From Pavona decussata (lineage: Eukaryota), in NCBI GenBank assembly GCA_977016875.1, contig CDRNST010000004.1:682001-746000 (forward strand): a DNA stretch of 64,000 nt. The letters run 5' to 3'. Below are positions 1 to 13,000 of this stretch, one piece after another (within the stretch, counting starts at the first letter, position 1; the number at the start of each line of letters is the position of its first letter). Both the position numbers and the translations under genes were made by a program. Below the pieces are notes generated by a model, which saw only the letters and a program-made list of their open reading frames with translations, did not search any database and was not told where the DNA came from.

Positions 1-13
1 TTATTTTATTTAG

Positions 14-3000
14 AGGCTACTGGTCCTGCTCAAACTGAAGAATTTGCCACGCCAAACAGACGTATAAGGTAAAATAGTTTTCCATATCATCCTTGTGTAT
101 AATTTCACAACCCTTACTTACTGTAATACAGCTCCTTACTGAAAGTAAGCTTGCCAACGTATCAGTTATATTTGATCGCTTATAAGTCTTGTGCGATCCT
201 GTGTTTGTTCGCTTTTTTCCAGGTTTGCTGGTGAGAATGCTATGTCCCCTCCCAGAAGGTAACCCATTGATCTTTTATTGATACAAGTTATAAATAAATG
301 AGTGACCATTATTGCGAAAAGAAAGCGTTAAAAATACAGGCTTGAACGGGATTCAAACCCATAACCACTGCGATACCGGTGCAGTGCTCTAAGCTATCAA
401 GACGAAAGAATTAGGAATGAGTAAACATCATAGTTATGTACAGCACAACTAATGACAGACACCGGTTGAATCCGGTTTCCAATCTGTGTTACCAATATGC
501 ATTCAGGTTTTGTTGAAAACTTAACCACCACCACCACCACCCCCCCCCCCCCCCTTCACTCCGTCCTCTATATTACAACATTGTGTTGCGCTTTGTTCTT
601 CTTCCCTCTATGTAAACTGAAACAACATACTTTTGAATTAGCCCGCCTAAACAAGCAGAAGATGTCTCCACACCTGACACCTCGCCCAGTCACATGACTG
701 AAGATACAGACGCCATGGAAATAAGTACCAGGCACGTGACTGTGGAATATACTGATCAAGAGGAAGACACTCAAGGTATGATGTTTAGCTTTCGTGTGAT
801 CTGTAGGAAAGCAAAATAATGACCACAACAAAACTCGATTTTAGGTCGACCGAGTGCGACGTGGGTTTTAAATACACACCCAAAAATAAACTCAATGAAA
901 AGTTCAAAAACGAGTTCAGATATTATCCTTAAAGACTTGTACTAATGCTGAGCGGACTCGCATTCTGCACAAGCGTGTAATGACACTGAAGGCCGGACCC
1001 AAAGTGTAAGTTACAAGTGTGAACGCTCTATTAAATTGGCTCCTGGGCCCAATTGTTCAAAGCCCGATTAAGCTAATCCCAGATTAACGTGAACTTTGAT
1101 GCGAGTTTAATTGATAATCAATAAAGATTCTCCCAAAAGATTTTGGTTCCTCAGTTTTGTCTTGACTTTCCTTAACCTTTAGCTTGAAATTAGCCTTTAA
1201 AACCATTTTAAACGCGCGAGATTTAAACCTTGACTAACTTTTAATCGAGGATTAGCTTTAATCGGCTTTCGAACAACCGGGCCCTGGTGTTTAAAGTACA
1301 GGGCACGGTGTGTAATCGAGAATGAGTACGATAGGTGAATCAAACTGAGGGAATTTTACTTGTGTCAGTAGATGGTGCAGCTGTTTCGTTTCATGAAGAA
1401 GAGGAAGAGGAGGAAGAAGAACAAACAGAGACAGAGGTGCAGATAACTGCTGCTGTAATGGACTTAACAGGAGACAGTGATATAGAGGAAACAGCCGCTC
1501 ATGACGAGGACTACAGCAGCTACGAGCTGGACGATAGTGATGCAGTGATTGGTTTGTAAAATCAGCCTGCTTTTCACTTCACTCGCTGTTCGGTTGGTCA
1601 ATTTTTTTTCTGTTTGCGGTTTAGATGCTGACAGTGAAGAAGACAGCGTAAAAGATGAGCCACCTCAAATAACGAGTGTTACAGTTGATCAAACAGTACA
1701 CACCTTTGCAGAGTGAGTGATGATACAAGTCAAATATACTTTGTACATGATAATTTGCTTGCGGAAATAAGCCATAAATCGCTTTAATACAGTGATTTGT
1801 CTGTCAAACTTTGAATTAGCCTTATTAATATTATTGTGATCTGTCCACCATCACCATACGAGTGATTCTGACTTGGTTAATGGGAGTGTCGCCTGTTTCA
1901 AACCAATAGCAAATGGTTTTACTCGTATCTTTACTGATCATTTAATGCGATTCATTTGTGCGTCTTCAGAGTGACTCCTTTGAATGAACAGCCGTCATCC
2001 TCAGCAAAGGTAACACTATTTCTCGTTACAGTTCTAATATATTTTTCCCTCCACTACACAAACAATAAGAACACCATCACAAGGCTTTGAGACATGGGCG
2101 CGCTGGTGAGCGAGGGCCAATATAGACTTTATTGACACATCTTGACTATGTTTCAGTAGCTGACGATTCTTACTTAGTCACTTGGAGACAGGTGTTGCGC
2201 CAGGGCCTGCTTGCATAAAGCGGAAGTTCTCTGCTATCATTCTTTGTGTTCCGAAAGATGTTCAAAGATGTTCTCGAGCGCTATATTGGATCACTCGGCT
2301 GAAGACGGTTTACTGAGGATAGAGAACACAAACTGAAAGAGGGCGAGAAAATCCTTCGGAATACTGGGAACGACTGGAGAAAACTCACACTTTCTTAAGA
2401 TGCTTTATTCAACCAGACCCTGGTCATATGGTCATATGCGACCAACACACCTCCCACATACTGCTAAGATTAGTCATATGGAAAGGTAACTCGGTCCCAT
2501 AAGCAGGAACTGTGGACCAGTTTGCAGGAGGTCATGGGTTCGACTCCCATCCTGGGATACATTAGCTATTTTCTGACTGCCTATGTTACCGCTTTTGGAG
2601 GGGCATTTTCAGAAAATTTGTCTTTGTTCTGATGAAAATTGATGGTCCAAATGAATCTGTGATTGTGCCTAGTGAACAAGTCATATAATGAAATACCTTT
2701 TGGCTTGGCTAGGACCTCCTAATTGTTTACTTTAACCCCTTGACAAACTGAATACAGTTTACTTTTTTGGCTATTTGTGATAAGTTTATTGATGGTTTGT
2801 TTTGTTTTGTTTTGTTTTGTTTAATCTTGTATTTCAGGAGCCGAGCCCAGATCGTATAAGTGAAGAACCTTCGAACAAAACCTCACCGATCAAAGACAAG
2901 GAACGAGAACACAGTACACTGTCACCTCCCACCTCCACCAGCACCAGCAGCAGTCCGCTGAAACTGTCGCCATCATCTGTAGCACCTCCTCTTGTATTCT

Positions 3001-3527
3001 CACAAACCTCTCCACAGAGGGATACCAACCAGGCAACAATGGAAACATCTGCCTTATACACGTTTTCACCACCAGCTGCTCTTCAAACACCGCTCAGAGA
3101 AGGAGAAACTACAGCTTCTTCATCAGCACAACCAAGCACCACTCCCTCATTAGAGTTCATCTTCTCACCACCTTTGACCCGCTCTATGGCCAGGCGCAGG
3201 TCTTCGGGATTAAGTTCAGCAGGTCACAGCTATGCTAGGTACAGTCCATTTTTAAGTCGTACGACTAAGCAAGTACAGCTAGTTGCTTATATTTTATTAT
3301 TATATATTTTTTTTATTTACAGTGAAGACACCAGGAAAGGCACTCCACACCAGTCCCCATCCAACAGTCCAATTTCCTTTGTCTCTCCAGTCCCCCAGCC
3401 ACACTCGTCACCACGCAGCTCTCGGAAGAAGGTTGTGCGGTTACCTGTTCATCCTATGAACCTGCGGGCGAGAAAGTGTCCAGCACGACCCACGCGGGCT
3501 GCCAAATTGCCGCACACCCACTTGTAG
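14..3527 (+). CDS. 3' part of a multi-exon gene encoding an acidic, Ser/Thr/Pro-rich disordered C-terminus; tentatively ELYS/AHCTF1-like (5' part lies outside the window)
   Basis: GT-AG exons with compatible phases and an open frame: 14-68, 223-258, 642-775, 1369-1551, 1625-1712, 1970-2009, 2838-3238, 3323-3527. Translation: EATGPAQTEEFATPNRRIRFAGENAMSPPR..., poly-E, VMDLTGDSD, VKDE, EFIFSPPLTRS, SPISFVSPVP, basic tail. AATAAA at 3901-3906. The exon structure is well supported; the identity is only a motif-level guess. Confidence 0.7.
296..402 (-). mobile_element. tRNA-derived SINE fragment (family A)
   Basis: Reverse complement matches 63192-63385; also matches 51314-51505 (CTTGATAGCT...AGAGCACTGCACCGGTATCGCAG...AATCCCGTTCAAGCCTG). 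Confidence 0.75.
1046..1283. mobile_element. PIF/Harbinger-type MITE
   Basis: Imperfect ~40-bp TIRs GGCCCAATTGTTCAAAGCCCGATTAAGCTAATCC / GGATTAGCTTTAATCGGCTTTCGAACAACCGGGCC, flanked by CTG...CTG (3-bp CWG TSD). Confidence 0.75.
2200..2423. mobile_element. Harbinger-type MITE, same family as 61844-62035
   Basis: Ends CCAGGGCCTGCTTGCATAAAGC / GCTTTATTCAACCAGACCCTGG; the interior is the reverse complement of 61861-61955 (TAAAGCATCTTAAG...CCGTCTTCAGCCGAGT). Confidence 0.7.
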
Positions 3528-3900
3528 CCTACTACTAATTTGTTTTGCTAAATAGAAAATAGAAACAGACTTCAGTGGACTTTGTCTCCGTGACTGCATA
3601 TCACTGCAGCTGGAGATTACGTGGTGCGTCCGCCATGATATTGTGGTTGTTCAGTCGCTAAAACTGTATCACCGGTACGGTATATTTGGCCGCTGTCTCC
3701 TCGCATCAGTCAACATTTCTGTGTTTTTTCAGTGCGACCCACTGTTTTTACATAGGTTTGCGCACTGCAAGTCTGGTATTGTTATCGGATAGCCGCTTCT
3801 GAAGCTAAAGGTCAAGTGTAAGACAGCAGTAGTGTAAGCCTCATCTCTTGTTATTTGGTGAAAGCGCAAACAAGGCTTTTTATACTGTGGAGTCGAAAAT

Positions 3901-3906
3901 AATAAA
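3901..3906 (+). promoter_or_regulatory. polyadenylation signal of the + strand gene
   Basis: AATAAA about 375 nt after the stop, followed by GT/T-rich sequence. Confidence 0.5.
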
Positions 3907-3976
3907 GTAACTTGAATTAAAAGTTTTCAAGTAAGGCTTGAATGGTTTCCTCTCGCCCTCGTTTTCTTCTGAAGTG

Positions 3977-3982
3977 TTTATT
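3977..3982 (-). promoter_or_regulatory. polyadenylation signal of the aminopeptidase P gene
   Basis: TTTATT on the + strand (AATAAA on -), about 22 nt after the TAA stop at 4006-4004. Confidence 0.6.
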
Positions 3983-4003
3983 TTGTGGTAGTTATGATTA
4001 CAC

Positions 4004-7000
4004 TTAACGCTGTTCGTAATCTAAAGGTTCCGTTTCTCTCCATAACCAGGCGAAAGCAGCCTTCTTTCCTCGATTTTGAAGTTCTCTTCCGGTGACTTCT
4101 CTTGTTCTTCTATGATATTCGTTTAGCCAGTCGACCTGCAGAGTAGCAAATTAAACCATTGCAGTAAGGCACTGTTGATTTTTTTTATAAGGTTGGGATG
4201 GGTTTTTGTTTTTTTTAATTAAGGTTGGGGGGGGGGGGGGGGTGCGAAAAAAGTGGTTTTAACGTCACCTAAAAAATAAGGAGTTTCATGACCCGATGGT
4301 TATTGAAAAAATGCTTGTAGCGACGAAAGAAACCTTATTAATTAAACGAGAAACTACAACCAATTTTTCTTCAAGTGTACAGACTTTCTTCAAATACACA
4401 ATAAGCAATCGTTAACCAACAATGGCGACATGCGACCTTAAGTTCCAGCGTGTGGAAGCGACATGGACAGCTGTTATTGTTGTTACAGGTTAGGAATCGT
4501 CAGTCCGGGGGATCGACTAATGTAGCTGTTAGCCCTTTTTTTTTACAAAATTACATTGTTCAGGGGATGCTTTCCGATTACCAGTCAGACATGAAAAGTT
4601 TTTCCAACTGCATCATACGTCGTCAAATGCTGGAATTGTGTAAAAATAGAGTTCCTTCTTGCCGTGGAGTCATAGAACATGTTTAGAAGGTTGGGAGAAC
4701 AAGAAACTTGTCTCTGTACAAACCCCGGATAAACGTTCTTGTAATACACCGTATTCACAAATGGCGGATGCGCGTGAAAAAACTGGAACTAGGCATCAAA
4801 ACGAGGCGTTTTAGGATAAAAAATAATTTGCCTGCGAGTACAAGCTCACAGAGAGAATGTTTAGCTGATAAGCTCTTAAATAGCAAGTTTTTCAGATCGC
4901 TGGTTTTATTCCGAACGAGAGAGGTCTAGTGTTTCTTGGTTCGTTTCTTGTAGCAATTCCAAATGCAAAATAGACAATCACGAAAACAAATCGGTTAGAG
5001 TTTTTGTTTCCGAAGGATTCAATTTTCGAGCGCAGATGGATATAGATATTACAGAAGTTTGCTTGGTATGTCTCTCGGAATCCGAAGGTAAGATAGGTCT
5101 TGAAGGAAACAAAATGAACATACAAAAGGATGCATTTCTAACGAAAGTTGCGTGATCAACTTCGTATCGGACGTTCCGAGGGCAAGAGAGACTACAACCA
5201 TTTGTCTAAACCGCTATAATACCAAAAAAAAAGACAAAGACGACAACGAAAATACGTGAAGGATCTGGAGAGAAACGGCTGGACGAATAATTTAAAAAGA
5301 AGCAACAGGTAAACCAAGACTTGTCTGTTTCGATTCATTTATATTGTAGCCGTACTGTAAACAGCAAGCAGAGAATGCCGTCCCCTCAAAATTCATAATT
5401 TGTTAAATCAATCAAGTCATCAAAATCTAACTGTTTAATAATGGAACAAGCTCAGAAGGAACATTTCTTGCCTGAATGAGAAAATTGTATTTCGTGAAAC
5501 AGGGACTAGAGAACACAGCATTGTGGCTTTTTAACCGGCATTTCGGTTGAAATCATTAAAGATTTGCATACTTAATTAGGTAATTTGTCAGAATTAGATT
5601 ATCGTATTTCGCTTTACACTGGGTTCCTAAACTTGCCATTCCTTGTAATGCAGTTTCAATGTAACGCATTTGAGAGTGACATTCCTGAATTTCCTTGCAG
5701 GATCGTTTCCTTAAAATTGATACCTTACTTCCAGTAGTTCCTCTTGACTTTGGTAACTGCCACATTTTCAATGACTTGCATGAATCTTGGCCTATCTTGC
5801 GATGCATGATATCTTTTTTATTTCGGGGGAAAAGCGCCTAAAATGTACCGAAATATTTACAGATGTAAGTCTTGGCTCACATATTGCTTCCTTAGTTAAA
5901 CTTTTCTTTCAGTAACTTCCCTCCACCTCCTTTTGTTTTCGTTTTTTAGGCATTAGAGCTGTTCACAATAGTAGGAGTCGGTTTTTGTAGCTTTTGTGAT
6001 TGGAACTTCCGAGTAGTAATCACCACGCAACCCTCTTTGGAACTGCGTCCGTTTGTAGATTCATTTTCTTTCCTTCGAAACCTGTTTTATTTCCCTTTCC
6101 AAACAACACATTGAATAAACCTTTGTGGCTCCTGCTAGAGTGAAGATCTTTTTAACAACTTTTCATATTTCTGTAGACATTACACTCGAAGGTTTGAAAC
6201 AAACAATCTAACTCAGTTTTTTTTCCCGTGAGTGTCTAGTTTGCATTTGAGATTGCTACAAGAAGCCAACCAATAAATAATAAACACTACAACTTGAACT
6301 CGTTCGGACTAAGTGATCGGAAAAACTCAATTTTTAGAAACTCAGCACTTATCGACTTACATTCGCTGGAAATTCTTTTTGTTTATCCTAAAACGCCTCG
6401 TTTTGATGCGTAGTGCCAGTCTTTTCCGTGCGTGTCCGCCATTTGTGAATACGGTGTATTCGTTTTATGAAATATTTTACAATAAATTTACCGAGTACCG
6501 TAGTTAGAAACACGACTTTCAACCAACCAGACCGCTCACTAAAGGATATTTTATCAAGAGAATTGCACTTGTCCTCATGCGGTTTCTGTTATATGGACAT
6601 GAGACGTGAAACGTTTCGTGAACATGAGATTTACCTGCGACTTGCTTAGCATGGACACGTCAATGAGCTTGCGTTGGAACGGCATCTAGTCAATAATTTA
6701 AAGAAATATTAAATAAGACATCACAAACAGAACCCCATCCACGAGAAAAATCGGGGCTGTTTATTGAACAGAGGCGAGAAACCTTTGGTAACTTTCGATG
6801 ATAATGATTATCATCGAAAGTTACCAAAGGTTTCTCGCCTCTGTTCAATAAACAGCCCCGAATGGGGTTCTGTTTGTGATGATCGTGGCTGGTGTAATTT
6901 ATTCAAGGCTCCGTTCACACAAATGCGTTTTCGTTTGAAAACATACATTTCGATACTTTTTGGCCTTGCGTCCATACTAAAACGATCATCGTTTTCATCG

Positions 7001-10000
7001 AGAACGCTCTCAACAACAGTGGAGAGCGAAAACGGAGATTTTGAGTATTTACAAAGGGAAAACAGTTGGTGCGCGGTTTGTGCAAATGGTAAGCCGATGG
7101 AGATTTGCGTCTGCCTTTTGTGCAATACACTATCAAAGCAGGGCCTGGAACTGGTAAAACAAACGGAGCACATTTTTCCGTCCGGACATTCCAGTGGGAA
7201 TGTACCTCTCAAGACTTGCCGTTAATTTTGGAAATTTTCTGCTGGGTTAAACTCTCTTTGAGCGTATTAGTGTGGAAGAGGGAAAACGTTGTAAAAACGA
7301 CAGCGTGTACTCGAAGCTTTTGATGCGTTTTTGGTAGAACAATCGCGGCGTTTCGAAAACGCATTAGTCTGAAGGGAGCGTTCATCAGATGATTACCTTG
7401 GAAACAAGTTACCATTTTTATGAGGTATCGTTCTAAACCCTCCCCGACGTGGTTTTGCTGCAACGAAGCAGAACTGTCTTAAATCAGATTAGAAAACATG
7501 TGAAACGCTGTTCCATTGAACAATCTGAAAGATCACTCAGATGCCTTGCTCGTTATTTCCCGTCTTTTACAAGCAGCTCGAACAAGTAAACATAAAGATA
7601 TTACATTAGTTGCATCGTTTCGCTCTTGCGACAAGCCGCTGAGAAGCGTTTATCATCAAACACTTGATGTTCCATTCAGTAGGATAGAAGCTTTGAACGA
7701 TTGGTTTTTTTGTTTGGGTTTGCCGCCAATGGAATGAACCACCTCATAATATTGGGGAGCCGAACACCTTGTCAGTCTTTCGTAAGAACTTGATTGCCTT
7801 CTTTATGATAAATTTAATACAATTTTTTTATTGTAAGTTAATTTATTTTTGTGTATATAAAACTAGTTATTAGAGACTATCTGTGATATATTAAGCGGTT
7901 TATTCCAAGGAATCTCGTATTTTGTTTTGAGCTGACCTCAAATTCATTAGATTATCTCCTGCAGTGTGATGAAATTTGGAATTTGATTAAATAAATAAAT
8001 TAATTAAATTGATAAATTTGCTTTGTTAAGTGTCAGAATAAAACAAGAAATACTTACATATGTAACCGGCTCGAACTTGAGGTACTCCAGTCCATCAAAA
8101 TGATACTGCGTAATAAATAAAATAAAAAAAAAAAAAAACTCGCACTGAGAGAAAGATCAGAATAGAGAACCTTGTGATAACAATTTCTTGATGTACAAAG
8201 GACAGAAACAAATTTCTTTTACTAAAACCTCACTCTGCTTCCAATCCACTTCTCCAACAAAGCTTTGACAAATGTAAATAAATCCTAACCAGTTTCAAAG
8301 AGACGAGAACTCGGGACTTCGCAAAACTGTTGCAATGTTTGAAATGTCTGAACTAGCAAGTCAGCCTTAGGGCTACTAGTTCCATGAGAGTTCCTGAAAG
8401 TACACCTATAGCTGATGATTAAACTAAAGGATGGTGAATATACACCTTTTGCCCTGACAGATTATGACCAGCTGTTGATCTCGCTGGATATCTTAGTTAG
8501 TCGCGTTGTTTCCAACTAATTTCACTGATAAAACACTAAGAAGATGATCAGCTCAATACATATGGGATTTCACTTTGAACTCAAAACTGTATCCTCCTTA
8601 CCTTTGTATTGGCTGGTTTTACAAGCACAGCTGTTTCTAGTCGTATTCCAAAATTCCCGTCTTCATAATATCCGGGTTCTGAGGAAAGAAGTATTAAACA
8701 CGCCTTTTTACATACTGGTAAACCAGTCTATATCTACAATGATTTTTATTAAAGTTCGCTGTTGAAAATAGTATAAATACGCGCAATGGAATAAATGTGA
8801 TGGTATATTTTAAGCCTGGTGAATGTATGAGAATAATGTATTATTCAAAGTGACACAGGCATACTAGGCAAAAAGAAAATCCGACAACCTAACACCTTCC
8901 GATTACTGGTTCAGATGCTCTACCACTGAGCTACAGGAGACTCGCTCGGGGAAGTTAAGGCCATTAAACTAGGTTCGAGTCTACAATTTGTTACAAAAAA
9001 TGTATATTTATAGGAATAAAAGAAAATTCATAGGTTTAAGTATCCCTAGGACCATGTGCCTTTGGCGCCCGCATTATTGGAAAACGGTCGCATTTTTTCC
9101 TGAATCCGCGCCTGGACTTTTGTGTACACCGCTTTAAACACTCGTTTTCTCTGATTGTTGTGTTGAATTTAGTTTGAAGATAACACATGTTTACGAAACA
9201 GAGTTTGAGAGCGGTTTGTAAGCGAAAACAACTACGACCGTTAAATGTTGATAAGCTTATAAAGATTAATTTTTTCACTCAGATAACCTAATTAAAATAA
9301 ACTATGTACGTCTGTGTTGCATATTTACACGACCGTAAACTTGAAATGCGTCGTTTTCTCAGCAAAGGTTTACAATTTCTTTGCTGAGTATCATTTTGAA
9401 GATTTTCTACTTAATTTGCATAATTTTACCGTCGCTTTGCGAGCGTGATCTCAGGAAAAAAGTAGGACGGCTCACAGTCTATTCCACAACAGCTGAACAT
9501 TCAATTCCAGTTCGAACACATACGGTCCTATTGTGTTGTTTATCCTTAGCACGCAGAGATAATAATTATGTTTTTCGCTGACAGTGAACGTGCGGTAATT
9601 AAAGAAAACATACATGCATTGGAGAAGGGATGTTTTAGTTTTGGGGATCATAATAAAAACTTGGTTTTTAACTAAACTCCTCGTCAATTTTAGCCCAGTG
9701 GCTTGCAAAGAAAAGCGTAACTAGGACCGGCATGCGTAGAATAATTTTACAGCAGCCTGCCGCCGGGTAGCCTGCGAACGCAGACGTATTTCCGGCTGTC
9801 GCTTCACTCCGCCGAGAAATATTTTTCGGCGGAGTGAAGCGACAGCCGGAAATACGTCTGCGTTCGCAGGCTAGCCGCCGGGAGTTCGAGTTATAATGAC
9901 TCACGGGATGATGGGAGGGGAAGATAATATATTGCCTTGCCTAATATTTTTGCAGGTAAATTCGCGATTTTAATTTACCAGTCGTGAAAAACAATAAGTA

Positions 10001-13000
10001 AACTATTTTCGACAAAAGAAAAAAGGAAAAAACTAAAACAAAGCATACATTAAACCTGAATCTCGTGTTGTCTTGGATGAAAGATGAAACAATTACCCGT
10101 GAAAGATCTTTTAACTCCTCTCCACCGCTTCTCTGTTAAACCCCCTCTCTAACAAGCCGGCCCCCTTTTGGAGGTCAGAACTTTTAATGAACCCACTGAA
10201 TGAGCGGTCAGTCAAAGATATACCCGTGAGAGCCAAATTATAAAAAAGGCTTAAACACGCGCTAGGGAGCCGTGCAGGCCTGTTACTCTTGTACCCAATA
10301 TGATTGCTTGTGATAACCTGGCTGCCCTATAGAGTGGTTCCATTTCGAATGCGTTGGACTTGTGGATACACCAAGTTCGAAAGCGGCTTTACACTGAATG
10401 TGCTGTTTTAACATTTTCAAAGCTACCACTGTTCAGAAATGCTCTGTTGTAATGTGAAATTCATATTCTTGCAAAATTTAATAATCCACAACAAGTTTAG
10501 TTTTAAAAGAAAACTATTGCCTTATTAAAGTCTATTTTTCTCCTGATTAATTCAGTGTGAACGGTTTCTTTTTGTTTTGCTTTGTTTGGTTTGTTTTGTT
10601 TTTTTTTCTAATCCCTTGCCAATTTTTTCCCAGGGGGAGGGGAATTTGATCTCAAGATTTTCCCCGGGGGTTGAAGGTTTTCGTATGATTTGATCAGGGC
10701 CTTTGTCAAATCCCCCTACCTGTCCCGGGTCCGGGGGGGGGGGTGGGGGTTTCAAATGACCAGTGCATTATTTTATCACTGGAATATGCAAACACGCAAC
10801 AGCGTTCTTCGGTTAAAATTGTAAACAGTTTGAATTTTTTTCAGTTCGTTGCATCGAAAACAAAAATCTTGCACATGTTTGCGTCAATAGATAAATTGGG
10901 TAACATGACTGACTAAACCGGCTGTGAAGACAGACAATTTAAAATTTCAGCTGAAAACGTTTGTTTTTTTCTCCTACTTTTCTATCCTGACGAAGCTTTA
11001 GATTTTGCTCAGAATTATAAAAAGTTCCACACAGAAAATTCATTTTGAATTCGAAGCTAAAGTGAATCAATTCAATATTGGACTTAATACAAGTGAGCTG
11101 ATATGGATAATTGTTTATTTTCCGTGCCGTTTATGAATACGTGGGCTCTCAAACTTCACACGCACAAAACCCAACAGCTGTTAAATTTCAGGTAAAAATA
11201 TTTGCTTTCATCTCCCGCTTTTCGATCCTGACAAAACTTTGGATTTCGATACAAAATATAAAAAGTATTAAAGCGGGTATAGATAGGCGGAAAGCATGCA
11301 CAATTAGAAGTGAATGGATAATTTATGAACAGGCAGTTTCAATATTGGACTTGAGGCAAGTTAGGCAATAAATCATTGTTTATTTTCAGTGACAGCTCCA
11401 TGGGCTTCGCCATGTAAAAAACGCACGAGAACCCAAAGGTGGCACTGGCTGGCACTGCCACTCCTGCGTTTTGGGTCACGCGGTCCAATCAAAAAGGGTT
11501 CCTCTCGGCTATTTCACCGAAACTAGTTAACCGTGAGGGCCTGGAAGAAAGCTGTATAGGAACCCACCAGGGTAGGTTACACGAAAAGACAGCTCGCGGA
11601 AAGTGTACGAGTTCAGATAAAAGCCGCTAAAAACTATTTTCTTCGAGACTCGGTATGAAAACGTAAAAGAAAAGAAACAAAACAAGGAAACAATACCTGA
11701 GCACTTAAAACATTTTTATCTAACGGTGATAAAATCGTGTTAAACTTAGAAAATTCATTTTTCATACACTTTCTATTTTGATTCCTCAGCTAAACAATGA
11801 GAAAGACTGATTTTTGTTGAATGTTTTAGAAACAGCTTGCCTTTCTCTTCCTTTACTACGGCAATATGGAAACCTTACATGCCATTATTATGCATTTTCA
11901 AGCCTTTTAGCATTGTTACTTTATCAGAAATTTCCGGAAAAACGTGGTTATCCTCATTTTTTTTTAATTCCAATGAGATTTGTACAATTTAGCAGATCCA
12001 GGCAACTAGCAAACTTTGGGGCAACCAGTGTGAATAACGAGCCAAATAAGCTCTGTGAAACCGGCGATCACTATTAAATTGAAATCCGGCTGATCTGACT
12101 AATCAGTTATACTGTGACAAAGAAAACATCCTGCCCTCGGAAGATGTACTTGCCTCGCTCATTTATACAATGGTCCAACTTTTTTTTTATTAGTAGCTAT
12201 AGTACAATGAATAAAGTCATTAAGTAGTTTTTGAATATTGAAAGATATTTGTGTACCACAGCCTTTTAGGTCGATTTCCTTGTCTACGTTTTACAAAGCT
12301 GTAATGTTCATTTTTAACCTTTCAGTTATCTAAGACTGTCCATTTATTTTAACTGAACTATGTATAATAACCAATCTTACTACGACAGTTTTTTGGAACT
12401 TTTATGACCTTCTACTGACGTTATTGGTCTCAGGCTAAATATTTACAGCCGAACGATTGGCTTTAAGATGTGTACGGGTACTATGAATCAGTCATTAAAA
12501 ATGTGTATTTTTACATTTCTGTAAGCTTGTGAAATGTTTCCTTTTGTTAGCTATGTGTGCGACATCGCAAGTCGTCGCAGGTGTGGACAACTTAAAACAA
12601 AAGCACCCACGAACCAAATGATGCTTTAAACTTTTATCTAGAACAAATTCTTCTTCGTAACAGCTAGCTTCTTCCCGCGAATACCGTGGTTTATTCCGCT
12701 ATTACCAGCATGTGCTGTCATCAGCCGTGGCCTAACAGCTAATATTTCCTTGCATGCAAGCCATTGAGTTTAGCGCACTTTAATAAACCGCCAAAATTGC
12801 TACTGAATTGTTTTCATTTCTCCACCTTAGTTACAGCAGATGGCGATCAAACCCAATGCAACTTTGTAAAAGACTATTTTAAATGTTTTCGCCATTTTTC
12901 AGCTGTGTGATTGGATTTATGTGTAACGGTACTTGCTATGAATGAGTCGTTTAAATTTCTAAGCATGCTTGTAAACCTTTTTTTTTGTGTGGCGATCACT

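Noticed and set aside
3556-3792. Additional terminal exon of the first gene
   Set aside because: Needs a weak GTTGTG donor and its composition is unlike the rest of the protein; treated as 3' UTR.
6764-7225. Overlapping 153-aa and 133-aa ORFs
   Set aside because: They span a palindrome and MITEs and show no recognisable protein motif.
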